A DNA stretch of 28,360 bases from Macrostomum lignano (lineage: Eukaryota). The notes beneath the pieces were generated by a model, which had not been told where the DNA came from, searched no databases, and saw only the letters and a list, made by a program, of their open reading frames with translations. Made by a program: the position numbers and the translations under genes. Position 1 is the first letter of the stretch, and each line of letters starts with the position of its first letter. This document shows, one piece after another, positions 1 to 10,800 of this stretch. The DNA lies in contig NIVC01003719.1 of assembly GCA_002269645.1 (NCBI GenBank), positions 1 to 28,360 on the forward strand. The letters run 5' to 3'.

Positions 1-1000
1 AGATTGCCCCCCCCAGATTGCCCCCCCAGATTGCCCAGATTGCCCCCAGATTTCCCCAGATTGCCCCCAGATTGCCCCCAGATTGCCCCGAGATTCCCCC
101 CTGATTGCCTCCTAGATTGTCCCTCTCCCAAATTGCCCCCAGATTGCCCCATATTGCCCCATATTGCCCCCAGATTGCCCCCAGATTGCGCTCCAGATTG
201 CCCCCCCAGATTGCCCCCAGATTGCGCCCCCAGATTGCCCCCCCAGATTGCCTCCCCAGATTGCCCCCAGATTGCCCCCCCAGATTGCCCCAGATTGCCC
301 CCAGATTGCCCCAGATTGCCCCCCCAGATTGCCCCCCCAGATTGCCCCCCCAGATTGCCACCCCAGATTGCCGCCAGATTGCCCACAGATTGCCCCCAGA
401 TTGCCCCAGATTGCCCCCCCAGATTGCCCCCCAGATTGCCCCCCAGATTGCCCCCAGATTGCCCCCAGATTGCCCCCCCAGATTGCCCCCAGATTGCCCC
501 CCAGATTGCCCCCCAGATTGCCCCCCAGATTGCCCCCCCAGATTGCCCCCAGATTGCCCCAGATTGAACCCCCCCCAGATTGCCCCCCCAGATTGCCCCC
601 CCCCCAGATTGCCCCAGATTGCCCCCATATTGCCCCATATTGCCCCCAGATTGCCCCCCAGATTGCCCCCCAGATTGCCCCCCCCCAGATTGCCCCCCCC
701 AGATTGCCCCCCAGATTGCCCCCCCAGATTGCCCCCAGATTGCCCCCAGATTGCCCCCAGATTGCCCCAGATTGCCCCCCCCAGATTGCCCCCCCAGATT
801 GCCCCCAGATTTCCCCCAGATTGCCCCCAGATTGCCCCCAGATTGCCCCGAGATTCCCCCCCTGATTGCCTCCTAGATTGTCCCTCTCCCAAATTGCCCC
901 CAGATTGCCCCCAGATTGCCCCCATATTGCCCCCATATTGCCCCCAGATTGCCCCCCAGATTGCCTCCTAGATTGTCCTCTCTTCCAAATTGCCCCCCAA
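1..1000. repeat. C-rich satellite, core CCCC(C)nAGATTG of ~10-13 bp, running off the 5' edge of the window
   Basis: Continuous agattgcccc(c)n units. A variant block (agattccccccctgattgcctcctagattgtccctctccc) recurs at ~90 and ~850. The PPDCPQIA ORFs are translations of this repeat. Confidence 0.97.
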
Positions 1001-1054
1001 TTTTCCCCTTCAAAGAGGAAATTGACCCTTATTATCTGACATTTTTGCTTCCAG

Positions 1055-1357
1055 TTCAAGGATCCATCAGTTAGTTGTCCACGAGCGGTCCCGCCCACCA
1101 AGATCTGTTTCCAGATCGCGGTCCCAGTCTCTATAGCTATAGCTATCGTTTGCGTCACGCGCCCCTATTTTAGAAACGCAGCTTACAGCACAGACAAGAA
1201 CAAGACGACGGGTCTGCTTGGAAACATGAGAAAGGCGCCATGCAGCAACGGAGACATGCCAGTTCAATTAGCCATTTTCCACGCCACTTTGTGCCCATTT
1301 TTCATTTCTCTGTCTCTGCTTTTGCTATGGCTGCGGAGTTGGACCAGAATTTGCTGA
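1055..1357 (+). CDS. Putative terminal exon of an upstream gene; 100-aa reading with two hydrophobic segments
   Basis: Good acceptor tttttgcttccag|1055, then an open frame FKDPSV...KICFQIAVPVSIAIAIVCVTRPYFRN...LAIFHATLCPFFISLSLLLLWLRSWTRIC* (TGA 1355-1357). An alternative frame gives SRIHQLVVHERSRPPRSVSRSRSQSL*, so the frame is uncertain. Confidence 0.35.
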   Translation, partial: FKDPSVSCPRAVPPTKICFQIAVPVSIAIAIVCVTRPYFRNAAYSTDKNKTTGLLGNMRKAPCSNGDMPVQLAIFHATLCPFFISLSLLLLWLRSWTRIC

Positions 1358-1431
1358 TATATAGTAAATATAGGCCTCATGTACGGCTATAGACATCGTT
1401 TATGCTGCTTGGCATTGTTTCGGGCTAAGAC

Positions 1432-1600
1432 CTTGTGTCACTGCACTCCCCTGGTCTGTTGTGTCACTGCACTCCCCTGGTCTGTTGTGTCACTGCACTC
1501 CCCTGGTCTGTTGTGTCACTGCACTCCCCTGGTCTGTTGTGTCACTGCACTCCCCTGGTCTGTTGTGTCACTGCACTCCCCTGGTCTATTGTGTCACTGC
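1432..1600. repeat. 26-bp minisatellite (ttgtgtcactgcactcccctggtctg), ~6 copies
   Basis: Direct tandem copies; the overlapping ORFs show a 26-aa period (3 x 26 nt). Confidence 0.95.
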
Positions 1601-1772
1601 AATCCCTTTGTCACTTGTGTCATCACCCACTTTATCCCTAGTGTCAGCATCTTTATTCGCACTTTTTATGATACTTATGTCATTATGTGATACTTTTAAT
1701 ATACTAATATACTTTTCATTATGTGATAATTTGAGATTGAGCGTTATTTTATTATAATTTCCATCCAGGCGC

Positions 1773-1811
1773 ATGAAGTCAAAATTGCGGAAACAATTAA
1801 TTAATTCACCG
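1773..1811 (+). CDS. RIMBP2: Candidate first coding exon of RIM-BP (MKSKLRKQLINSP)
   Basis: Acceptor atttccatccag at 1768, ATG at 1773 and donor ccg|GTCAGT in phase 0, matching the exon at 3456. There is no homology support. Confidence 0.4.
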
Positions 1812-4800
1812 GTCAGTTCCCGATCTGGAATCTTTGCATGGTAGAAAGGAAATAACAAATCGATGCTATAGCTGCTGCTGTTGTCAACACGAACACATCT
1901 AAAGCAATTTAAGCAGAAATAACTCTAACCCAAAGGCATGCAGAATGAAATATACGGTCGAGCTGTGCCTTGGGTATAGTATCAAATGTAATTTTGTTTC
2001 TTTCCCAACTGAAACCAAGCAGCGCATGATAATCTCAATATAATAGATATTTCTGCATTTTTTCTTATTATTGCCATTCGAATTGCTCAGTGTTGGGGGG
2101 GGGGCGAACAGACCTGCGATCCGTCACAGTCATAGATCTATACTAGCTGTCATCTGAAACCCGCCTGTTTAAACAGACAGTCCACTGAGTGCTGCAAGAC
2201 AATTTTGCCTAGCGCGTGATCCATGATCGCGTGAATGCGCCTTTCGACTAAGTGTTGTTTGCGATTGCAAATTCGTTCAGTAAATGGAAATTTGATATAA
2301 TAGAGGCAGTGCAACTTGAATAAATGCGGTTGTAAATTCAGTTATGAGCATGCACATTAGCACATGTTTATAATACTCGTATCTAATAAAAAACCTTCTG
2401 TTAAAGGAATCCAGAGTACCTTCAGTTATGCTTCTACTGAATATACAGTATACGAATCTATTAGAATTAGAATTAAAATTAATCGATGCGAAGTGTTTTA
2501 CGTGCTTCTGTTCGGCTTGTATCGTTACACAGGCTGTTTAAAACAAAATCTGCTTCATTACGCTAAAATTTTTGCAACAATTGTTTAAAAAGTCTGAAAC
2601 ACGAAAAAAATTGTTAAAATATTCATTTATTAAGCACAAGTTTTAATATGAACAATTTGTCGAAAAGCTTGGTTTTGGCATTTGACTTTGTGTTAATGAA
2701 TAGATTAGTTTTCATCTTTTCAATAACTTATACTCGGTTTCGTTATTAGTCGTGACATAAAAACTTTTGGTTTTGTTAGTTCTGACAAAAATAATGACTA
2801 TAGTTTCTAAGAAGTCTTGCTTCAAAAGGAAAATCTTTTACTTATAAGGAGAATTTTTTTCGAAATATCAGCAATGCTTTGCTTTGCAAGCAGATTGTTT
2901 TGATATTATATATATGGTGAGAATATTTTCTGATCATTAAATTTATAACTTATTAATGGTTGTCGTTTTTTTCCTGTCAAGAGATGGTTGTTTTGGCATA
3001 GCTTGGTAAACAACAGTAGATAATTTACTATTTATTAATATTTATATTAATATTTATTTTTTAATAGTTTAAATAAATATTTTTTATACTAACAGACAAC
3101 CAGACATTTTGAAAACTTTTTTTGAAAATATTTAAAATGCGTATACTAAAAATTGTAATTAAGCAGTTTAAACGACAAACGATTAATTGTCATGTGTAGC
3201 TCAAATGAATATACTTAATGTATTTTTATCATACCATTTGACTTGCATTAATTTGGCATTACTATAAATGTAGTATCATTAGCTCGTAGTAATATTGAAC
3301 GATTACGTCAAAAATACCATGCATGAAAAAACTCTGGTAGTAAGATAGTTACATAAACAGAAAAAATATGTAGGCAGAATATTTTTTCACATTTAAATGT
3401 AGCTACCAACACGGTGTATTCGCTGCTACAATTAACTCTGGTTATAACTGACCAGGAGCAGAAGCAAGCACAGCAACAACAGCCGACTGAATCGGCTGAG
3501 CTCGCCCAGCTCCGCGAGGCGCTGCTGGCCCGCGATGCGGAATTGGCGGCAGCTCGAGCCCGCGCTAAGCGCGATCGCGACGAGGCTGTCCGGCAGGCGC
3601 TGGAGCTGCAGCGGCGCAGCATCAGGGCGCAGGGAGCGCCGGGCGCGCAGTTGGCGGCGAGGCTCCAGCGCGAGTTAGCAGCGCTTCGCCAGGTCTGTCG
3701 AGAGTTGCAGGACCGGCTGGATAGCAGCGATGGCCAGGTGAGGCTGCCAGAAATCATCTTACTTGCTTTTGCTTCCTTCCCTCTGCTTCTCTCTTCCATC
3801 TCTCTGCTCCTCTCTTCCATCTCTCTGCTCCTCTCTTCCATCTCTCTGCTCCTCTCTTCCATCTCTCTGCTCCTCTCTTCCTTCTCTCTGCTCCTCTCTT
3901 CCATCTCTCTGCTCCTCTCTTCCATCTCTCTGCTCCTCTCTTCCATCTCTCTGCTCCTCTCTTCCATCTCTCTGCTCCTCTCTTCCATCTCTCTGCTCCT
4001 CTCTTCGATCTCTCTGCTCCTCTCTTCCATCTCTCTGCTCCTCTCTTCCATCTCTCTGCTCCTCTCTTCCATCTCTCTGCTCCTCTCTTCCATCTCTCTG
4101 CTCCTCTCTTCCATCTCTCTGCTCCTCTCTTCCATGTCTCTGCTCCTCTTTTCCTTCTCTCTGCTCCTCTTTTCCTTCTCTCTGCTCCTCTCTTCCTTCT
4201 CTCTGCTCCTCTCTTCCATCTCTCTGCTCCTCTCTTCCTTCTCTCTGCTCCTCTCTTCCATCTCTCTGCTCCTCTCTTCCATGTCTCTGCTCCTCTTTTC
4301 CTTCTCTCTGCTCCTCTTTTCCATCTCTCTGCTCCTCTTTTCCTTCTCTCTGCTCCTCTCTTCCATCTCTCTGCTCCTCTCTTCCATGTCTCTGCTCCTC
4401 TCTTCCATCTCTCTGCTCCTCTCTTCCATCTCTCTGCTCCTCTTTTCCATCTCTCTGCTCCTCTTTTCCTTCTCTCTGCTCCTCTCTTCCATCTCTCTGC
4501 TCCTCTCTTCCTTCTCTCTGCTCCTCTTTTCCTTCTCTCTGCTCCTCTCTTCCATCTCTCTGCTCCTCTCTTCCTTCTCTCTGCTCCTCTCTTCCATCTC
4601 TCTGCTCCTCTCTTCCATCTCTCTGCTCCTCTCTTCCATCTCTCTGCTCCTCTCTTCCATCTCTCTGCTCCTCTCTTCCTCGGAACGTATATCAAGTCAC
4701 TTTTTTATTTGCGTGACGCAAGTTATTAACATACAATTACAACCCAAAAATCGAACACCCACCCATTTTCAGCTTACGCAATCAGTCTGATTGTCAAAGG

Positions 4801-7800
4801 TATGGAGGGTCATCGCAAACACTTTCAATCGGCACGATTTAATGAATAAGCTTATACGCGTAGAACTGCTAAATTTATCCCATCTTTATCAAGCTTTAAT
4901 TTATTCGCTTCCGTTTTTAGCAGCCAATGACCAATTTAATGTCTTAATTGTTGTACATTTAATTTAGAATTTTAAAAGAGCTAGATAGTTAGACAATTGT
5001 GGACCCAAAACTGGAACTCGCAGGCCCTCAATGCCGACTCAACCATAGACCAGCCACAACACAGCAGCGATGCTGCCCAGCAGCGACAGCTCGAGGAGAC
5101 CGTGGCACAGCTGAGAGTTGAGAACCAGCAACTTGTAAGACACTTTGGCGTGAGCACTTTTGTGCGCCTTTGACACCACACAGCACAGTTTGCTCAGACA
5201 CAACCCAGTCAGCTCTCAGACACAACCCACTCAGCTCTCAGACACAACCCAGTGAACTCAGACACAACCCAGTGAGCTCAGACACAACCCAGTGAACACA
5301 GACACAACCCAGTCAGCTCTCAGACACAACCCAGTGAACTCAGACTCAACCCCCTCCCCTGAAACCCAGACTCAGCGCTGCAAGCAGGCATCAGAGACTG
5401 AAGAGCGAATTCGCGGGCTGAAGAAGCGCAACGCTGAGCTGGCCGCAATCGCTCGTCGTCTAGAAGAGAAAATCAAAGTGCAACAAGAGCGAAGCATCGT
5501 CGAGCAAGAATCGGTTCGTGCTCGTATTTAAAAAAGAATTAGTTTTCTGATATTTCTACTGTAAGTAGGATAAAAGCGTCAAAAAATCCATATACTAAAA
5601 TAATTACTATGTACAGAGTCCCGCAGCTGCTTCAAATTAAAGAAAATTAATTTGTCGATATTTCTACTTCAAGTAGGATAAATGTGGCATTAATTAATTT
5701 TACTTACAGAGTCGCGCAGCCGCTGCGGAGTATCGTCAACAATTGGCAGACAAGGAGCGCGAGCTGGAGTCGCTCAGACTGCTGTACAATGCCAGGGAGG
5801 CTCAGCTCAGGGTGAGTGTAAGCTCGCTGAGTCAGTTGGAAGGGAATTAGCTAATTTAGTACGCATAATAATGCTCTCAATGTTTTGTCAGCAAAAATCC
5901 ATGCGACCTGAGCAGTTTGTTTGCAGTGCACTTGGCTCAGCTCAAATCAGTGCTCAACTGAGCAAGGCTCCTGTTCTCAAATTCGCAGTCAACTCGGAGT
6001 TTGGACTCGGAGACGCTGCAGAGTATGCTCAGGACAGCCGAGCGGGATCGACTGATGCTGGAGAGGCAGCTGGCCTGGAACCGGGTGAGAGGGGATCTGA
6101 TTTAGACTGATAGGGGATTTTTTGTGGCAACTGATCAAATGGGAATCTACCAATTTCGAATGGTTAGTTTTAAAGTTGAGATAAAATAGGAGATTATTAA
6201 AGGAGGTTTGCTTTTAATTGTAGGTTATTTATGGCTCTGTTTTCAGATATTCAGTACAGTTTGCACACATTAGATAGGCATGAATACTAGTGCATAAATC
6301 TTGCTCAACAGCAACCCGTGCTACAATGCGGCGCTCTTTCATAGGAAAGTGCACTCGACTCGGCACCCCGGGTTCCCCTTTGAGCTTAGGGATCTGCGAG
6401 GGCTAAGGATGGGGAATTGCCGAGCTCTCTGATTGGAGATTGGCAGTTGAGATGTGGGGAGAGAGGCAGAACGCGATGGCCAGGGCTCATTTTCGAGTCT
6501 TCTTTCTCTCTCTCTCCACTTTCTCTTCTGGAGTCCTCGTCGGCCCCGTTCCGTTTCTTCATTTCCCCTGCTGTCCCCCGCTCCCCTGTCTTCTCTCTTC
6601 CCCGCCTTAGTTGTTCCTCGAATAGCTGAAAGAAAAACTTTTTTGACTGCAACTTTCTTAGAATCTGTCGTTCATCCTTCTAGGAGCAGCAGCTGCAGAA
6701 ACAGGCAGGAGCCGCCGCCGCTGCCGCATCACCGATCGAGCCAGCTCATCGGGAGCGACTTATCCTGCTTGCCGCCGAGGCAAAACGGCTTGAGCAGATC
6801 CGTCGAGAGCAGGCAGCTGAGCTGGCTTCGCTGCGGCGCCAGGTGTCCCGAGTGCCTCAGCTGGTGAGGACGGGTGGGGAGCAAAAACTTTGGGAATAGC
6901 TCAAGAAGTGAGGGGGTAAACGAGATGGGCGGGGATATCAGAGGGGAAATGAGGGGATGAATTAGATGGGTGGGGATATCAGAGGGGAAATGAGGGGATG
7001 AATGAGATGGGTGGGAACATCAGAGGGGAAATGAGGGGATGAATTAGATGGGTGGGGATATCAGAGGGGAAATGAGGGGATGAATTAGATGGGTGGGGAT
7101 ATCAGAGGGGAAATGAGGGGTGAATTAGATGGGTGGGGATATCAGAGGAGAAATGATGGGATGAATTAGATGGATGGGAATATCAGAGGAGAAGTGACCC
7201 ACCCAATTTCACGCTCCATCTTTTTTCTAGGAAAGCGCAGTTGCGGCCAAGTCCAACGAACTTGAGCAGCTAAGAGTACATCTCAACGAATGCACAACCA
7301 AGAACGCTCTGCTGGTGAGAAAGCGATGATGGTTTAACTGAAATTTGTGGGCCTTCAGTCAGTGAAAAATGAATGGACCTGCTGCAGTAATTAAATGTAT
7401 AGATTTTAATCGCAGTTTCATTTTAATCTCGCCCGTGATACTCATATAGTTAATTGATGATAATGAGTTGAGTTCTAAACAACCGCAGGAAAAGCAGCTG
7501 AACGCCCTACACGAGGACAACACGGCCCTGTCAATCAAGTATTCAGATCTGCAGACTCAGCTGCAGCATTCCGATGAGGTGAGCAGTGGCAGATTGTGTA
7601 GTATGTGGCTGAGTTTAATAATGGCTTATTTCGCGCCCAATGCAAAGATAAGGATAATAACGGTGGGAAAGCAGTCACGTGATGCAATTTGTACATCGGT
7701 TGAATGTACATTGGGGAGCAACTGGTGGGTAATGGACAAAACTAATTGCTATTGTGCCTGGATGAAAGTAGGTCGCATTAATGAAGTAGCTACCCCACAA

Positions 7801-10800
7801 ACTCCCAACCTCAGGTAATTCAATCCACCAAGCGGCTTGAGGATGCTCTAATTTCCACCGATCGAGACCTGCAACAAAGTCGCAGAGATATGGAACTGAT
7901 GCGGTGTCAAATGGCATCCAATGAGCTCATTATGAAGGTACAGAGGTTGCAAATATTTCGTCAATAGTACATTGTTAGCGAATATATATTGCATAACAGG
8001 AAATATTTGTAATTATTGAAATTATTGATAACAGAACTTATTTTTAGCATCTGTCAGGACATATCATCTATTTTTAACAAGGCGACCTTGAATATACGGT
8101 AATCTATTTTTAGCATCGCGACCTTGAAATTAATCTATTTTTAGCATCGCGACCTTGAATTCAACCTATTTTTAGCATCGCGACCTTGAAATTAATCTAT
8201 TTTTAGCATCGCGACCTTGAAGTCAACCTATTTTTAGCATCGCGACCTTGAAATTAATCTATTTTTAGCATCGCGACCTTGAAGTCAACCTATTTTTAGC
8301 ATCGCGACCTTGAAATTAATCTATTTTTAGCATCGCGACCTTGAAATCAATCTATTTTTAGCATATGCGGGAATCCCTGGAGAAGAAGCGCGAACTGGAC
8401 GGCGAACAGGCCAGACTGCGCCGACTAATCGAAGAGAAGTCAAGTGGAAGCCTTTTCACAAAAACGGTGAATAGTTTCAAACTGTATTTTTCTCAAATAC
8501 AGTGCAAAGATGGTTACTAGTTGTACTAATCCTTGGATGGAAGGCGAACTTTGCCCCGTGTCTTCCTCTTCGCGACCTAATTTACTCTGCAGCCGGGTTG
8601 CTAATTTAAAATTCACTCTCTCGAATTGGGGCGGTAACTCCGAGTTCGCTTCCCTCCTCAGAGACATTTTCAAGCCTGGACAACACGCACTAGCTTCCAT
8701 CTGGCTTTTCCATTCAATCTTCTCCATCTAATCATTACTTGCCAAAAGCAAAATTTGAACTGGCAAACAAGTCTTATTTTTTCTCGTGTACGAGTACTAA
8801 GTTTCTCGCTGCGTGTTGCAAGCCCAAATTTTGAAACTCGACGTGAGCACTAAGGAAAGCAGCTGCTCCATTTCTTTGCTAAGTCTCTGCCTGTCCTGTC
8901 CCAGTTTAGCTACAGTGCGCAGTCGGGCCAGGGGAACTCTCTCCAGCGGGGCCAAAGGCAGTTTAGTTTGCTCTCTAGTGCTCAGAACTCGAGATGGATG
9001 ATCCACGGGAGAGCGAGAGTTGAGTTTCTTACTCAGAACGCTGGGGCAGCCAGCTATATGTTATAACCGGCTGGGCGAGCCTAAGCAGTTATTGATTGAA
9101 CTGGCAGCACAGGGACTCGAGGCGATAAAACTCCGGTAGCCAAGATAGCCGCAGAGCGGCAGAGAGATACTCGTAAGAACGGAATGGAGGCGAATGATGC
9201 GATGCAGGCCGTTCGTTTTCAACCAGCGCTTTTTTAACAGTTTAATGGGTTGTACTTTTATCATATACAAAACCCTGCTGTACGGAGTCTACTAGCTGTT
9301 TGTACTTTTCTATAAGCTCTAATGCAGGGAGAGAGGGGCAAAGTTTTCACCTCAAGGGCTAGATGAAGAATCCAGCTCATGGCCCTGCGGCCAGATGAGA
9401 GAGGAGAGAACATAGAATAGAGGAGAGAAAAGAGAGGAAAGAGGATAGTTGAAAGCTGAGATAGGTTAGATGAGATGTGAGTTGAGATGAGGGAGATGTG
9501 AGAACGAAGATAAGAGGATAGAGGGCAGAGAAGAGAGAAGAGGGGAGGAAGAAAAGAAGGGGGAATAAAGTAGAGAGGAGGGGAGGGTGGAGAGAAGAGG
9601 AGAGGGTGGAGAGAGGAGGAGAGGGTGGAGAGAAGAGGAGAGGGTGGAGAGAAAAGGAGAGGGTGGAGAGAAGAGGAGAGGGTGGAGAGAAGAGGAGAGG
9701 GTTGAGAGAGGAGGAGAGGGTGGAGAGAAGAGGAGAGGGTGGAGAGAGGAGGAGAGGGTGGAGAGAAGAGGAGAGGGTTGAGAGAGGAGGAGAGGGTGGA
9801 GAGAGGAGGAGAGGGTGGAGAGAGGAGGAGAGGGTGGAGAGAGGAGGAGAGGGTGGAGAGAAGAGGAGAGGGTTGAGAGAGGAGGAGAGGGTGGAGAGAG
9901 GAGGAGAGGGTGGAGAGAGGAGGAGAGGGTGGAGAGAGGAGGAGAGGGTGGAGAGAGGAGGAGAGGGTGGAGAGAGGAGGAGAGGGTGGAGAGAGGAGGA
10001 GAGGGTGGAGAGAAGAGGAGAGGGTGGAGAGAAGAGGAGAGGGTGGAGAGAAGAGGAGAGGGTGGAGAGAAGAGGAGAGGGTGGAGAGAGGAGGAGAGGG
10101 TGGAGAGAAGAGGAGAGGGTGGAGAGAGGAGGAGAGGGTGGAGAGAGGAGGAGAGGGTGGAGAGAGGAGGAGAGGGTGGAGAGAAGAGGAGAGGGTGGAG
10201 AGAGGAGGAGAGGGTGGAGAGAGGAGGAGAGGGTGGAGAGAAGAGAGGAGAAAGGAGAGGAGAGTGGAGAGAAGAGGGGAGAGGGGGGAGTGGAGAGAAA
10301 AGGGGGGAGTGGAGAGAAGAGGGAGGAGTGGAGAGAAAAGGGGAAAGAAGAAAGAAGAGAGCTGAGCAGAGACACAAAGCCTGAGCGGGCCGGATTGCCA
10401 TTGTGAAGTTTCAAAGGACCCCAGAAGGCCGGATAAAGCTTCCAGTGATGTGGGCTGTGAGCAGTCCGAAGTCATCGAGTTTTTAAAAATAGTAGCCGTT
10501 TACTATTTCCCTTGATAGTAGCAGCATACAACCCCTGTTGTAATATTTTATATTTCAGAGCTCGGCAGGTGGCGCAGGCGGTGAGGAGACGGTGGACGCA
10601 TTGCGGGTGAGTAGAAATATAAAAAAACTTTTTTATAATAGAATCTGGACTGGAAACCTGGCGGTGGCTTTCAAGGACTACTTATGGACTCTTATATATG
10701 CCATAATCCTCATTTGTCCTTGAAAGGTGCTGCACTGAATATATTAGCCAGAAAATGGCATAAGCTTGTTTCCAGTCCAGGTTTCAACTATACAGAGGTC

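Noticed and set aside
4-1158. Long Pro/Cys-rich (PPDCPQIA) and Gly/Trp-rich ORFs
   Set aside because: They are translations of the stop-free satellite and are open in several frames on both strands.
3308-4790. MEERSRE, SLLLSSI and RGAERWK ORFs of 310-460 aa
   Set aside because: They come from the intronic 21-bp repeat; only 3456-3737 is supported as an exon by splice sites.
10645-10780. 13-bp inverted repeat ctggactggaaac / gtttccagtccag
   Set aside because: It is short, has no clear target duplication, and the inverted match does not extend further.
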